A stretch of DNA of 64,000 nt from positions 16,718-80,717 of the forward strand of contig JBFWOZ010000010.1 in NCBI GenBank assembly GCA_050250255.1, read 5' to 3'. A program made the translations under genes and the position numbers. The notes beneath the pieces are model-generated. The model made no database searches, was not told where the DNA came from, and worked only from the letters and a program-made list of their open reading frames with translations. This stretch comes from Bdellovibrionales bacterium (GTDB lineage: Bacteria > Bdellovibrionota > Bdellovibrionia > Bdellovibrionales > DASUEL01). Positions 29,172-38,013 of this stretch are shown in pieces. Numbering within the stretch: the stretch's first letter is position 1; every line of letters starts with the position of its first letter.

Positions 29172-29234
29172 GACCCGAGGGCCAACCTCAAACGGTACCT
29201 CGGACCTCAAACGGTAAACCCCAAACCTCCAACT

Positions 29235-29921
29235 CTAAGGCTTTGCAGCTACGAGACGCTCCAGAGAAGGAGCTTCGACAATCGCAGGAACTCCAAGTTC
29301 ACGTGAGCGTGAGCAAGACCCAAAATTCAAGCGCACCGCACGTAAGGCAATCGTGCTTTCCATGAACGGAAGCTTGGCGCCGTAAAGTGCGTCGCCTACG
29401 ATGGGATTATTGTGTCTTGAAAGTTCGTAGCGAAGTTGATGTGGACGACCTGTTAGTGGATCCAAATGCCAGTGTTGAACTTTTTGACCGTTAAAATCGA
29501 GAGTGCCTTTCCAGTATGCACGGGTGACCGCAAGTTTTCCGTGAGGAGCTTCGAAAGCTCTCTTTTTTCCACGATGAATATGGCAACTCCACTCGAACAT
29601 TATTCCGGGTTTTGCGTCCGCAGGTGCTTCGCCTTCGCCCCAAGCTTCGTACATTTTATCGATCTCACGAGTTTCAAACCAGCCACTGGCTATCTTGTGG
29701 CTTCGTTCATTTTTGGCGAATAGGGTGACGCCGGTGACTTCTAAGTCGAGGCGATGCACGGGGATCACATTTTGTTTCATTTGTTCGATCAAACGCATTC
29801 CCAGAACGGGTCTTGGATCTTCTTTTCCCCATTGGCTTGGGACCGCGAGCCAGCCTGCCGGCTTATCGACGACAACAAAATGCTCGTTCTCAAAAAGAAT
29901 AGGTATGAGTTGAGGTGTCAT
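29235..29921 (-). CDS. RluA-family pseudouridine synthase
   Basis: VDKPAG, VHRLDLEVTG, TGRPHQLR, PIVGDALYG. Confidence 0.9.
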   Translation of the reverse strand: MTPQLIPILFENEHFVVVDKPAGWLAVPSQWGKEDPRPVLGMRLIEQMKQNVIPVHRLDLEVTGVTLFAKNERSHKIASGWFETREIDKMYEAWGEGEAPADAKPGIMFEWSCHIHRGKKRAFEAPHGKLAVTRAYWKGTLDFNGQKVQHWHLDPLTGRPHQLRYELSRHNNPIVGDALYGAKLPFMESTIALRAVRLNFGSCSRSRELGVPAIVEAPSLERLVAAKP

Positions 29922-30002
29922 TGTGAAGGATCAGTAACATAAGTGAGTCAAATCAGCACGAACTTCTTGAGACTCTCGCATGAAGATGGCAAATCTTATT
30001 CT

Positions 30003-31187
30003 ATGAAACCCCTACAGAGTTTAGGTTTTTTGGGCGGTGGTCAGCTTTCACGCATGCTCGTTGAAAGTTTACAAGAGCTGCGCCTCGAAGGGGAAACGCA
30101 AGCACAAGAACGTTGTCTCGTGGACGACCGCCAATGTCCAGTTTCAGAAGTGACGAAGCAGTTTCAAGTTGGCTCCGCACATTCCTTGGAAGATCTTAAA
30201 AATTTTTTTAAATATTGTGATGCTGTCAGTTTTGAAAACGAATTTGTCTTGGCCCATCTCTTTCGCCAGGTCTCGCCTTGTGATCTTGTGGTTCGTCCTG
30301 AGCTTTCTATTATCGAAACAATACAGGACAAGTTAAAACAAAAGACGCTTCTAGCGTCTCTCAATATCCCTACCGCTCGACACGAATTGTTCGTTGATAG
30401 GGAGCAAACTAAAAAACAATTTGGGTCCGAATACATATTGAAGTGGTCCCGGCTTGGTTATGACGGTAAGGGTGTTCTTTTTGTTCGAGATTCTGTTGCT
30501 GACGAAACCATTGAAGCATTTCTGTTGGAAGCTCGAAAAAAACAAAGCCCTGTTTTTGTCGAAGAAAAAATTCCTTTTCAGAAAGAACTCGCCATTGTTG
30601 CGGCTCGGGGAGTGAGTGGGGATATTTTATTTTACCCTCCTGTTGAAACTATTCAGGCTAAAGGCGTTTGTGAGTGGGTCTTCTCTTTGGAAGAACAAGA
30701 AGAAAAGAAAATTTCTCAAATGATTGAGCCGTGGTTACGAGCCCTTCTTGAGAAATTGGATTACGTGGGCGTACTAGCAATGGAGCTTTTTCAAACTCCG
30801 AGCGGGCTTTACGTCAATGAACTAGCTCCCAGAGTTCATAACAGCGCTCACTACTCACAATGGGCATTGAGTGAGAGCCAGTTCGATAGCCACAATCGTG
30901 CCGTCTTAGGCCTCCCACTAAAATCTTTCGAACGACGTGCGCCCTTTTTTGGAATGATGAATTTGCTCGGCGAGGAAGACTTTATGATCACACACTTCCA
31001 TCATCCCTTTTTACCGGTGCCAGGACAATTTTATTGGTATGACAAGGCTCACTCCAAGCCAGGACGAAAAATGGGACACGTGAACTTTATGGCTTCCACA
31101 AAAGAAGAATTCGAAGAATCCAAAAAGAAATTAGTCCAATTTAAAAGTAAATTGTGGGAGTCTTTGAAAAAAGAGAGTGTGAGATGA
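30003..31187 (+). CDS. purK: N5-carboxyaminoimidazole ribonucleotide synthase PurK
   Basis: [38 protein letters not shown]. Confidence 0.92.
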   Translation: MKPLQSLGFLGGGQLSRMLVESLQELRLEGETQAQERCLVDDRQCPVSEVTKQFQVGSAHSLEDLKNFFKYCDAVSFENEFVLAHLFRQVSPCDLVVRPELSIIETIQDKLKQKTLLASLNIPTARHELFVDREQTKKQFGSEYILKWSRLGYDGKGVLFVRDSVADETIEAFLLEARKKQSPVFVEEKIPFQKELAIVAARGVSGDILFYPPVETIQAKGVCEWVFSLEEQEEKKISQMIEPWLRALLEKLDYVGVLAMELFQTPSGLYVNELAPRVHNSAHYSQWALSESQFDSHNRAVLGLPLKSFERRAPFFGMMNLLGEEDFMITHFHHPFLPVPGQFYWYDKAHSKPGRKMGHVNFMASTKEEFEESKKKLVQFKSKLWESLKKESVR

Positions 31188-31678
31188 AAAAGCAAATTCC
31201 AGTGGCTATCATTATGGGAAGTGATTCTGATTATCGTGTGATGAAAGACGCCGTTCAGGCTCTCAAAGAGTTCGATGTGCCTCATGTGAAAAAAATTATT
31301 TCGGCCCATCGCACGCCACGCGAGATGATCGAATTTGCCGAGACGGCGAAGGCCAAAGGTTTTCAAGTCATTATTGCCGGAGCTGGCGGATCGGCTCATT
31401 TACCAGGGATGGTGGCGTCTCTCACCGAGCTTCCTGTGATTGGTGTCCCGGTGGAGGTGACCTCTCTCAAGGGCGTAGACGCCCTTCTTTCTATCGTGCA
31501 GATGCCAAAGGGCGTTCCGGTAGCGACAGTGGCGATTAACGGAGCCTACAACGCAGGTTTACTGGCCTGTAAGATCATCGCGAGCGGTTCTTCTCCGCTT
31601 TCCAAAAAACTTTCTCAAAAATTAGCGAATTACAGAAAATCTTTGAGAACGACTGTTCTGAAGAAAAGATTACCTTAG
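31184..31678 (+). CDS. purE: N5-CAIR mutase PurE
   Basis: [39 protein letters not shown]. Confidence 0.96.
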   Translation: MKKQIPVAIIMGSDSDYRVMKDAVQALKEFDVPHVKKIISAHRTPREMIEFAETAKAKGFQVIIAGAGGSAHLPGMVASLTELPVIGVPVEVTSLKGVDALLSIVQMPKGVPVATVAINGAYNAGLLACKIIASGSSPLSKKLSQKLANYRKSLRTTVLKKRLP

Positions 31679-33453
31679 GCTGCGGTTCGTGTTTGGGCTA
31701 AAAGTTCTACGAGATTGCAGTAGTGTTCAAACTTCTGTTTGTCTTCGATTTTGATATGCAAGCGTAAGACATTTTTTTCTGTTAGTTTTTTCATTTTCTT
31801 TTCGGTCATGGCCTCTCCGGCAAGTACATACTTTACATATTTTTGATTTAGATCAAACCGTAGATAGACATCAAAATTGACTTTTACATCGACCTGAATT
31901 CTTGAAGCCTCAACTGAGATCATATCAGGATGAGCAGAAGGCTCTGTGGTGGCTGAGGATGCAGGAGTTTCAAAAAACTTAATTCGTTCTCCACTGACGC
32001 CCTCAAGAAGGCCCGAGAAATGAGTGATGTCTGTAGCCGTATCGTAATCTGTAAGACTAAACTCTAGAGGGTCTTTTATAGATCTTTGCTTTGTGAGATT
32101 TAAATGAAGTTTAAGTTCCTTTTCAATATGCGTTTTGATTTCATTCATCTCGGGTGGAGGGGTGGGTAGCATAAAAACGGCATAGCCGTTGAAGCTTGGG
32201 CTCTGAACATGAGAGAAAACCATATGCTCGCCTTGGAAAAAAGAAGGTGGGGGCTCTGGCGTCTCAGGTGCGTTTGCAGGGGTGGGTTCAGCGATCACTT
32301 GTGGGGCTGTTTCCAACACAGATTCAGTCACCGATTCTATAATCTGTACAGGCTTTAATTCTATTAGAGTTTCTTCGGAAAACTGAGTTGTTACCGTTGA
32401 CACATCTTCTGTGGGAGCTTGCGTGTTGAGGACGACTTCACCCATTTTTTCTTCTGCAACTTGCACGTGAGTTTCGCCCTCTTGCGCTTCAATGGTGGCA
32501 ACCGTCTCTACGGTGCCAATTTCTACAGGAGCAGACTCTGTTACGGTGACGTGACCAAAATCTTCTGCTGTCTCTTCTTTTACTGCGTGAGGGTTTTCAA
32601 AACTACGTGGTGTTGGTGGGGGAGAATCTTTTTTTATGAGGATCAGCTTAGGTTCTTCATGAGGTTTGTCTTCAGTCACTCTGACTTTTGTGAAATCTTC
32701 TGTTTTTCTCTTGGAGGTTTTTCGTGCTTTGCCTTTTCTTTTTTTACGCTCTTCTTCTTTTTTGAATGGAGATTTTATTTGTTTCTCTTCGGATTCAGCT
32801 TCAGGATTTTGCGTGAAATCTTCCTGTGAAGATTCAAGGGAACTGGCCGACTCTTCGGCCAATGTGTGATCCATTTGACTGGCTTCGAACCAGGCTTTCT
32901 TTCTTTCTTGTTCTCTCAAAACCTCATCGCGTTTGAGTTCTTCACGTTCGTGATCTTGTATGAGTTGCTGATCATTTTTTTCTTTGGCTTTTGCTTTGGT
33001 GGCTTGAGCTTGTTGCTTTTTTACTTGCTGATGGTGGCCCGCATTTTTCTCTCGAAGCCATGTTTCCACGATGCGATGTAATCCAGCGCCTGTTGTTTTA
33101 AATTGCATTTTATTAGGGTAGTTGGAATGTTTTAATTCGATCATGGATTCGCGATTGTTCGGATCTTCTGGAAAAATATAACACAAACAATCCATTGTAT
33201 TTTTTAGGAGATTGGCAAAGCTTTCGGTTTTTGCGGAATGGAGTGCGATCGAAATAAACGTATGAGTGGGTTTGAAAGTAGAATGCAGGCGCACGGCTTC
33301 TCTTAAAGAGAACACACCCTCAGCCTGAATGCCTTTACGAATTAAAAAATCACGACATTGAATCACGTTGTATTGTGACTTCCCTAAAATGAGTACGCGC
33401 GCGACAACTTCTTCTATCGCGGGGGCATCTGATGGTGTCTCATCTGTCGACAA
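31675..33453 (-). CDS. Hypothetical protein: receiver-like N-terminus, long charged low-complexity linker, globular C-terminus
   Basis: 592-aa ORF with Glu/Lys/Pro-rich centre; TTG start uncertain. Confidence 0.65.
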   Translation of the reverse strand: MSTDETPSDAPAIEEVVARVLILGKSQYNVIQCRDFLIRKGIQAEGVFSLREAVRLHSTFKPTHTFISIALHSAKTESFANLLKNTMDCLCYIFPEDPNNRESMIELKHSNYPNKMQFKTTGAGLHRIVETWLREKNAGHHQQVKKQQAQATKAKAKEKNDQQLIQDHEREELKRDEVLREQERKKAWFEASQMDHTLAEESASSLESSQEDFTQNPEAESEEKQIKSPFKKEEERKKRKGKARKTSKRKTEDFTKVRVTEDKPHEEPKLILIKKDSPPPTPRSFENPHAVKEETAEDFGHVTVTESAPVEIGTVETVATIEAQEGETHVQVAEEKMGEVVLNTQAPTEDVSTVTTQFSEETLIELKPVQIIESVTESVLETAPQVIAEPTPANAPETPEPPPSFFQGEHMVFSHVQSPSFNGYAVFMLPTPPPEMNEIKTHIEKELKLHLNLTKQRSIKDPLEFSLTDYDTATDITHFSGLLEGVSGERIKFFETPASSATTEPSAHPDMISVEASRIQVDVKVNFDVYLRFDLNQKYVKYVLAGEAMTEKKMKKLTEKNVLRLHIKIEDKQKFEHYCNLVELLAQTRTAA

Positions 33454-33635
33454 GGGGTCCTCTTTGCAAAAGGTTTTACACTTCTAATATCGGTTTTTTT
33501 GAGCAATTTCTTCGACTTAGCTCTCATATAGCGGGGTGATTTGTACAAATAGAACCAAAGTCCAGGGTAGAGCTTGCTTTCGGGGGGAAGCTTCGGCAGA
33601 ACTTCTGGATTAAAGGCTTAAAAACAGAGGGAAAA

Positions 33636-34190
33636 ATGGCTGTCAGCAAGAAAAGAATGAAGCAGATGGAACGAGACTTTATGAAAGAAAAGGCTCTTAA
33701 CACTTTGGCGAAACCCGGAGTGCATGAGCTCATCATTGTCCTCGATAGCCTCAAACCCGACTTCAATGTCGGAAAAATCTTTCGTTCTTCAGATGCTTTT
33801 GGCGTAAAAGAGATCAACCTCATCGGAATTCCATTTTTTTCTCCGGCAACCGCGATGGGATCTTTTCGCCACGTTCCCGCAAAGTTCTTTGAGAGTTTCA
33901 AACCTTGTTATGATTATTTAAAATCCGAAGGATACGATATTTACATTTTTGAACCTACTGGTGGTTCTCAACTGGGTGTTGCCTCGTTCCCTAAAAAATC
34001 AGCGCTGATTATGGGCCATGAAGAATTTGGAATCAGTTTTAATAAAGCCGATTACCCCGATTTAAAAGTCATCACCGTTCCACAATTTGGAAAAGTACAA
34101 AGTCTAAATGTATCCATAGCGGCTTCGGTAGCGATGTACGAGTATGTGCGCCAACAACATTTTTCTCAAACGGAGCAAGCTCCTTCATGA
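33636..34190 (+). CDS. TrmH/SpoU family RNA methyltransferase
   Basis: FNVGKIFRS.DAFG, MGHEEFGI, SLNVSIAASVAMYE. Confidence 0.9.
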   Translation: MAVSKKRMKQMERDFMKEKALNTLAKPGVHELIIVLDSLKPDFNVGKIFRSSDAFGVKEINLIGIPFFSPATAMGSFRHVPAKFFESFKPCYDYLKSEGYDIYIFEPTGGSQLGVASFPKKSALIMGHEEFGISFNKADYPDLKVITVPQFGKVQSLNVSIAASVAMYEYVRQQHFSQTEQAPS

Positions 34191-35332
34191 GTTTGGAATT
34201 TCGCAAAAAACATTATCCATCTGTGTCGCTTAAAGACTGGAAGGATTGGAAATGGCAATTGAGAAATCGTTTAAAGACGACGACTCAACTGCAATCTTTT
34301 GTGAATCTTACCGAAGACGAAGTTCAAGCAATCAAAAAACATGAGGGTCGTTTGCCTCTTGCGATCACTCCCTACTATATGAGTCTTATTGACGAAAAAG
34401 ATCTTCAAGATCCGATTCGTAAAACTGTAATTCCTCTGACAGCCGAATTCTTGCATTCTTTTGGTGAGTCGGAAGATCCTCTTGGTGAAGAACCCAACCG
34501 ACCAACTCCTGCGATCGTGCACCGTTATCCTGATCGCGTTCTTCTTCTCGTCACTGCGACATGTTCAGTTTACTGTCGCTACTGCACACGTTCTCGTTTG
34601 GTGGGAGATGCCGCCGAGTACGCACCGGATATGAAGATTTTAAAAGAGGGTATTCAATACATCGCGGATCATAAAGAAGTGCGAGATGTGTTGATTACCG
34701 GTGGAGACCCACTCACGCTTTCTGACGAAAAGCTCGATTGGATTCTCTCGGAAGTGCGAAAAATCCCTCACGTAGAGTTCATACGTATCGGCACGAAGGT
34801 TCCGGTGGTGCTTCCTCAGAGAATCACGCCGTCACTTTGCAAAATTCTTAAAAAATATCATCCTCTCTGGATGAGCATTCATGTTCTCCATCCAGCAGAA
34901 ATCACTCCGGAAGTGGCGAAAGCGTTTGCGCGTTTAGCAGATGCTGGTCTTCCACTCGGAAGTCAGACAGTTTTACTTAAAGGTGTGAACGACAATGTGG
35001 AAACGTTGAAAAGTCTGATGCACAAACTACTCATGAACCGTGTGAAGCCTTATTACCTTTTCCACTGTGATCCTATTTCTGGCTCAGCCCACTTAAGAAC
35101 GAGCGTGGAAAAAGGTTTAGAGATGATTCAAGGGCTTCGTGGGCATACGACAGGGTATGCTGTTCCTCACTATGCTGTGGATATCGCGGGTAAAGGTGGG
35201 AAAGTCGCGCTGGTACCAAGTTATGTTGTGGGTCGAGAAGAAGATCAGCTTATTATCAAGAATTACGCGGGTGAAACCTATTCTTATCCCGATGCTGCTG
35301 GGAATCAGTCTTCGGAAGAAGTGATTCAATAA
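34187..35332 (+). CDS. KamA family radical SAM aminomutase (lysine 2,3-aminomutase-like)
   Basis: WKDWKWQ, DPLGE, HRYPDR, CSVYCRYC, GGDPL, QTVLLKGVND, PYYL, GGKV PLP-Lys. Confidence 0.9.
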   Translation: MSLEFRKKHYPSVSLKDWKDWKWQLRNRLKTTTQLQSFVNLTEDEVQAIKKHEGRLPLAITPYYMSLIDEKDLQDPIRKTVIPLTAEFLHSFGESEDPLGEEPNRPTPAIVHRYPDRVLLLVTATCSVYCRYCTRSRLVGDAAEYAPDMKILKEGIQYIADHKEVRDVLITGGDPLTLSDEKLDWILSEVRKIPHVEFIRIGTKVPVVLPQRITPSLCKILKKYHPLWMSIHVLHPAEITPEVAKAFARLADAGLPLGSQTVLLKGVNDNVETLKSLMHKLLMNRVKPYYLFHCDPISGSAHLRTSVEKGLEMIQGLRGHTTGYAVPHYAVDIAGKGGKVALVPSYVVGREEDQLIIKNYAGETYSYPDAAGNQSSEEVIQ

Positions 35333-35363
35333 AAAAACGCACCTCTTTTGAAGGTGCGTTTTT
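35333..35363. terminator. Bidirectional intrinsic terminator
   Basis: AAAAACGCACCT-cttttga-AGGTGCGTTTTT between convergent genes. Confidence 0.85.
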
Positions 35364-35384
35364 GAATTTCAATAATTAAAAAAA

Positions 35385-35852
35385 TTATCGACCCATTTGG
35401 GAACTAACAAGATCAATCATATAAGTTTGACCTTGAGCTGTCCCGTTAGCTTTTACGTAACCGAAAGCGACGTTATCAGCGATATAAATTGTTTGCGGTT
35501 GTCCGCTTTCATCGTTTTGCACGAGTTTGCATGTTTGATAAGTGCCTGCAGGAACAGTCACCATCATTGGTGTGCCACCATTGCCAGCACAATCAGCTAG
35601 AATTGCATCTACCTGTGCATCTGTAATCAGCTTATCCGCCTCGATGCTTTGGTTCTGATTGATGACGCGACCATTTACGTTCGCAGAAATCAAAATGTTG
35701 TACGTGTTGGCTCCAGAATTGAAAGCAGTGATTTTTTGAGTCACGGCCACCTTTTGTGCACCAATCGTGTAATTGTATTGTGCAGTATCACCGATTGTTG
35801 GCATTGCCTGAGCTGTCATTGCAGAAAGAACTAAACCTAGTAAGAACGTCAT
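35385..35852 (-). CDS. Secreted hypothetical protein
   Basis: Signal peptide ending AQA; VTVPAGTYQTC motif. Confidence 0.72.
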   Translation of the reverse strand: MTFLLGLVLSAMTAQAMPTIGDTAQYNYTIGAQKVAVTQKITAFNSGANTYNILISANVNGRVINQNQSIEADKLITDAQVDAILADCAGNGGTPMMVTVPAGTYQTCKLVQNDESGQPQTIYIADNVAFGYVKANGTAQGQTYMIDLVSSQMGR

Positions 35853-36086
35853 GTATTCCCCCTTTCGAGAATAGGACAATTAGATAAAGCTCTGGTTCGG
35901 GGGTCAATGAAAAAAAGGATTGTTTTCAGCAGTGGCCCGGCACGGGAACGTTCCAGTTTTGTACGCCCTTTCAAATGACTTTCATTTGAAGTTGAAGTGA
36001 CAAAGTAGCCCTACTTGTTCGACCCGCTATTTTTCTCTTGCTGCTTTTCCAAATTATTGAAAGTCTGCGGGGCATTGGGGGAAATT

Positions 36087-37205
36087 ATGCTTCAGGGTTT
36101 TTTGTTCATTTGCACTGTTTTATTCGCAAACTTTTCTTGGGCTAACGACTTCACTTATAGAGAGCTTACAACACTCATTCAGTCCCAAAACGTGAAAACC
36201 GTGGATGCCCTCATCCCACTTCTCCCCGCTGTTCTCCGCCAAAACCACGTGCTTGTTCATGGAAGCAGAAGTCGTCAGACCTCTTCGCTGATGGCACCTC
36301 GTGTGATTTTGTTCACAAAATTTGCCGATTTTAGACCCCATCATCCCACGAGCGGTTTAGCATTAGCATTTAATGGTGGTGGCGAAGCGATGGCTGACCA
36401 TTCGGTGGAAGTGATTGAATATAATCCGCAGGTTCGTGGCTTTGAACTCCATGAGATCACTTTTGATAAGGCAGGAGTTCAAGCACCTCAGTTTTCAGGC
36501 ACCAATCCATCGCGCTGTCTCATGTGTCATCGAGCAGATCCGCGACCAAATTGGGATTCTTACCCTTTCTGGCCAGGTGTTTATGGGAGCATCCATACGC
36601 CGCCGGCTTTGCCAAGGTTGAGTATTGGACAAGAAGAGATCAATCAGTACTTACAATTTAAAGCAGATACCTCAGAGCATCCTCGTTATAAAAGTTTAAA
36701 CCTTCCAGCTGATATTAAACAGTTGGCGTTGAACAATACATTTATGGGATTGGGGTTTGCCTACCAAAATTACGGGCGTGTTCGGCGACAAATAGATCAA
36801 ACAAATCTACTTCCTAAATACAAATATTATATTCAGGGATTGTTTGCGGGCTGTTTACATCCACGAGGATTTTTACCAGCGCGGATCCATGCGCAGCTTC
36901 AATCAAAGCTCGGTTACTCTCTGGAAGAGATGTACATGCAGACAGAACAACGCATTCTCCTCGAAAGAACGCGTGAACAGGCATTTTTTGATCTCTACAA
37001 TAAAGTGCATATTATTGCGGCCCTCAGATTTATTTTTGAAGGGCAGGGGATTGATATAGCCGATTGGTCCATCAGTATGGATTCCAATTACCGATTCTCC
37101 ACGGGAAATCGTGGCATTGGAGACTTCCCATTCTATTTAGAAATTGAGAGCATGACGAAAGATTGTGACGAACTGAAAAGACTCAGCCTCGCAGAGTTTC
37201 CTTAG
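36087..37205 (+). CDS. Secreted CxxCH-containing hypothetical protein (paralog of 60875..62140)
   Basis: Signal peptide; NPSRCLMCHRADPRPNWDSYPFWPGVYGS. Confidence 0.72.
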   Translation: MLQGFLFICTVLFANFSWANDFTYRELTTLIQSQNVKTVDALIPLLPAVLRQNHVLVHGSRSRQTSSLMAPRVILFTKFADFRPHHPTSGLALAFNGGGEAMADHSVEVIEYNPQVRGFELHEITFDKAGVQAPQFSGTNPSRCLMCHRADPRPNWDSYPFWPGVYGSIHTPPALPRLSIGQEEINQYLQFKADTSEHPRYKSLNLPADIKQLALNNTFMGLGFAYQNYGRVRRQIDQTNLLPKYKYYIQGLFAGCLHPRGFLPARIHAQLQSKLGYSLEEMYMQTEQRILLERTREQAFFDLYNKVHIIAALRFIFEGQGIDIADWSISMDSNYRFSTGNRGIGDFPFYLEIESMTKDCDELKRLSLAEFP

Positions 37206-37286
37206 GACACGTGTGTACGCGTGAAATTTTAATCTCATCGTGGGAATGTCTTGCTATTTGCTTCTACGGCTGGTATTTGGCTACAT

Positions 37287-37985
37287 ATGGATTTTCAACC
37301 CATCGGCTACATTCAGTCTTGTTTTAAAGAAAAATTTGGTACTCCAAGGCAACCCAGCTTGGTGCCTGAATCGACAGCCTCTTTAAAAATTCGTAGCGAT
37401 CTTCAGCCTCAGGAGGCTTTAGTGGGATTGGAACAATTCAGTCATGTTTGGGTGATTTTTGAATTTCATAAAAATGCGAATAAAAAGTTCTATCCCAAAG
37501 TGAGTCCGCCACGATTGAATGGAGAGACAATGGGTTTATTTGCAACTCGTTCTCCTCATCGACCAAATCCCATCGGTTTAAGCTGCGTAAAGCTCGAGCG
37601 CATTGAGGGAGACACACTTTATTTTTCTGGCATTGATTTGATCGATGGCACACCGGTGTTAGATATTAAGCCCTATGTTGTGTCTGTCGATTCTGTGCCT
37701 CAAGCGACAGTAGGGTGGCTCGACAAAACAGAAAATAAACGTTTGGATGTTTCTTTTTCTGAAGAGGCCATGGGCAATCTTCAAGATTTTCAGGATAAAA
37801 ATTTAAAGACGATGATCACGCAAATTCTGGAGAACGATCCGCGAAACTCTATGGACCGGGAACTTTCTCGTCAAAATAAAACTCTCGGATTCTACCTGGG
37901 AGAAGCGAACGTTGTTTTTTCTGTGGAAGCTACAAAAGCCATAGTGATTCGCATCGAATCACGCCATACAAAATTATCCCAATAA
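37287..37985 (+). CDS. tsaA: tRNA (t6A37-N6)-methyltransferase TrmO/TsaA
   Basis: KEKFGTPRQP, PPRL, FATRSPHRPNPIGLS, DLIDGTPVLDIKPY. Confidence 0.93.
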   Translation: MDFQPIGYIQSCFKEKFGTPRQPSLVPESTASLKIRSDLQPQEALVGLEQFSHVWVIFEFHKNANKKFYPKVSPPRLNGETMGLFATRSPHRPNPIGLSCVKLERIEGDTLYFSGIDLIDGTPVLDIKPYVVSVDSVPQATVGWLDKTENKRLDVSFSEEAMGNLQDFQDKNLKTMITQILENDPRNSMDRELSRQNKTLGFYLGEANVVFSVEATKAIVIRIESRHTKLSQ

Positions 37986-38013
37986 GCTTAAAATATGCTA
38001 AATTTCTCATCTT

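Noticed and set aside
30003..31678. purK-purE order reversed relative to E. coli
   Set aside because: This order is common in other bacteria.
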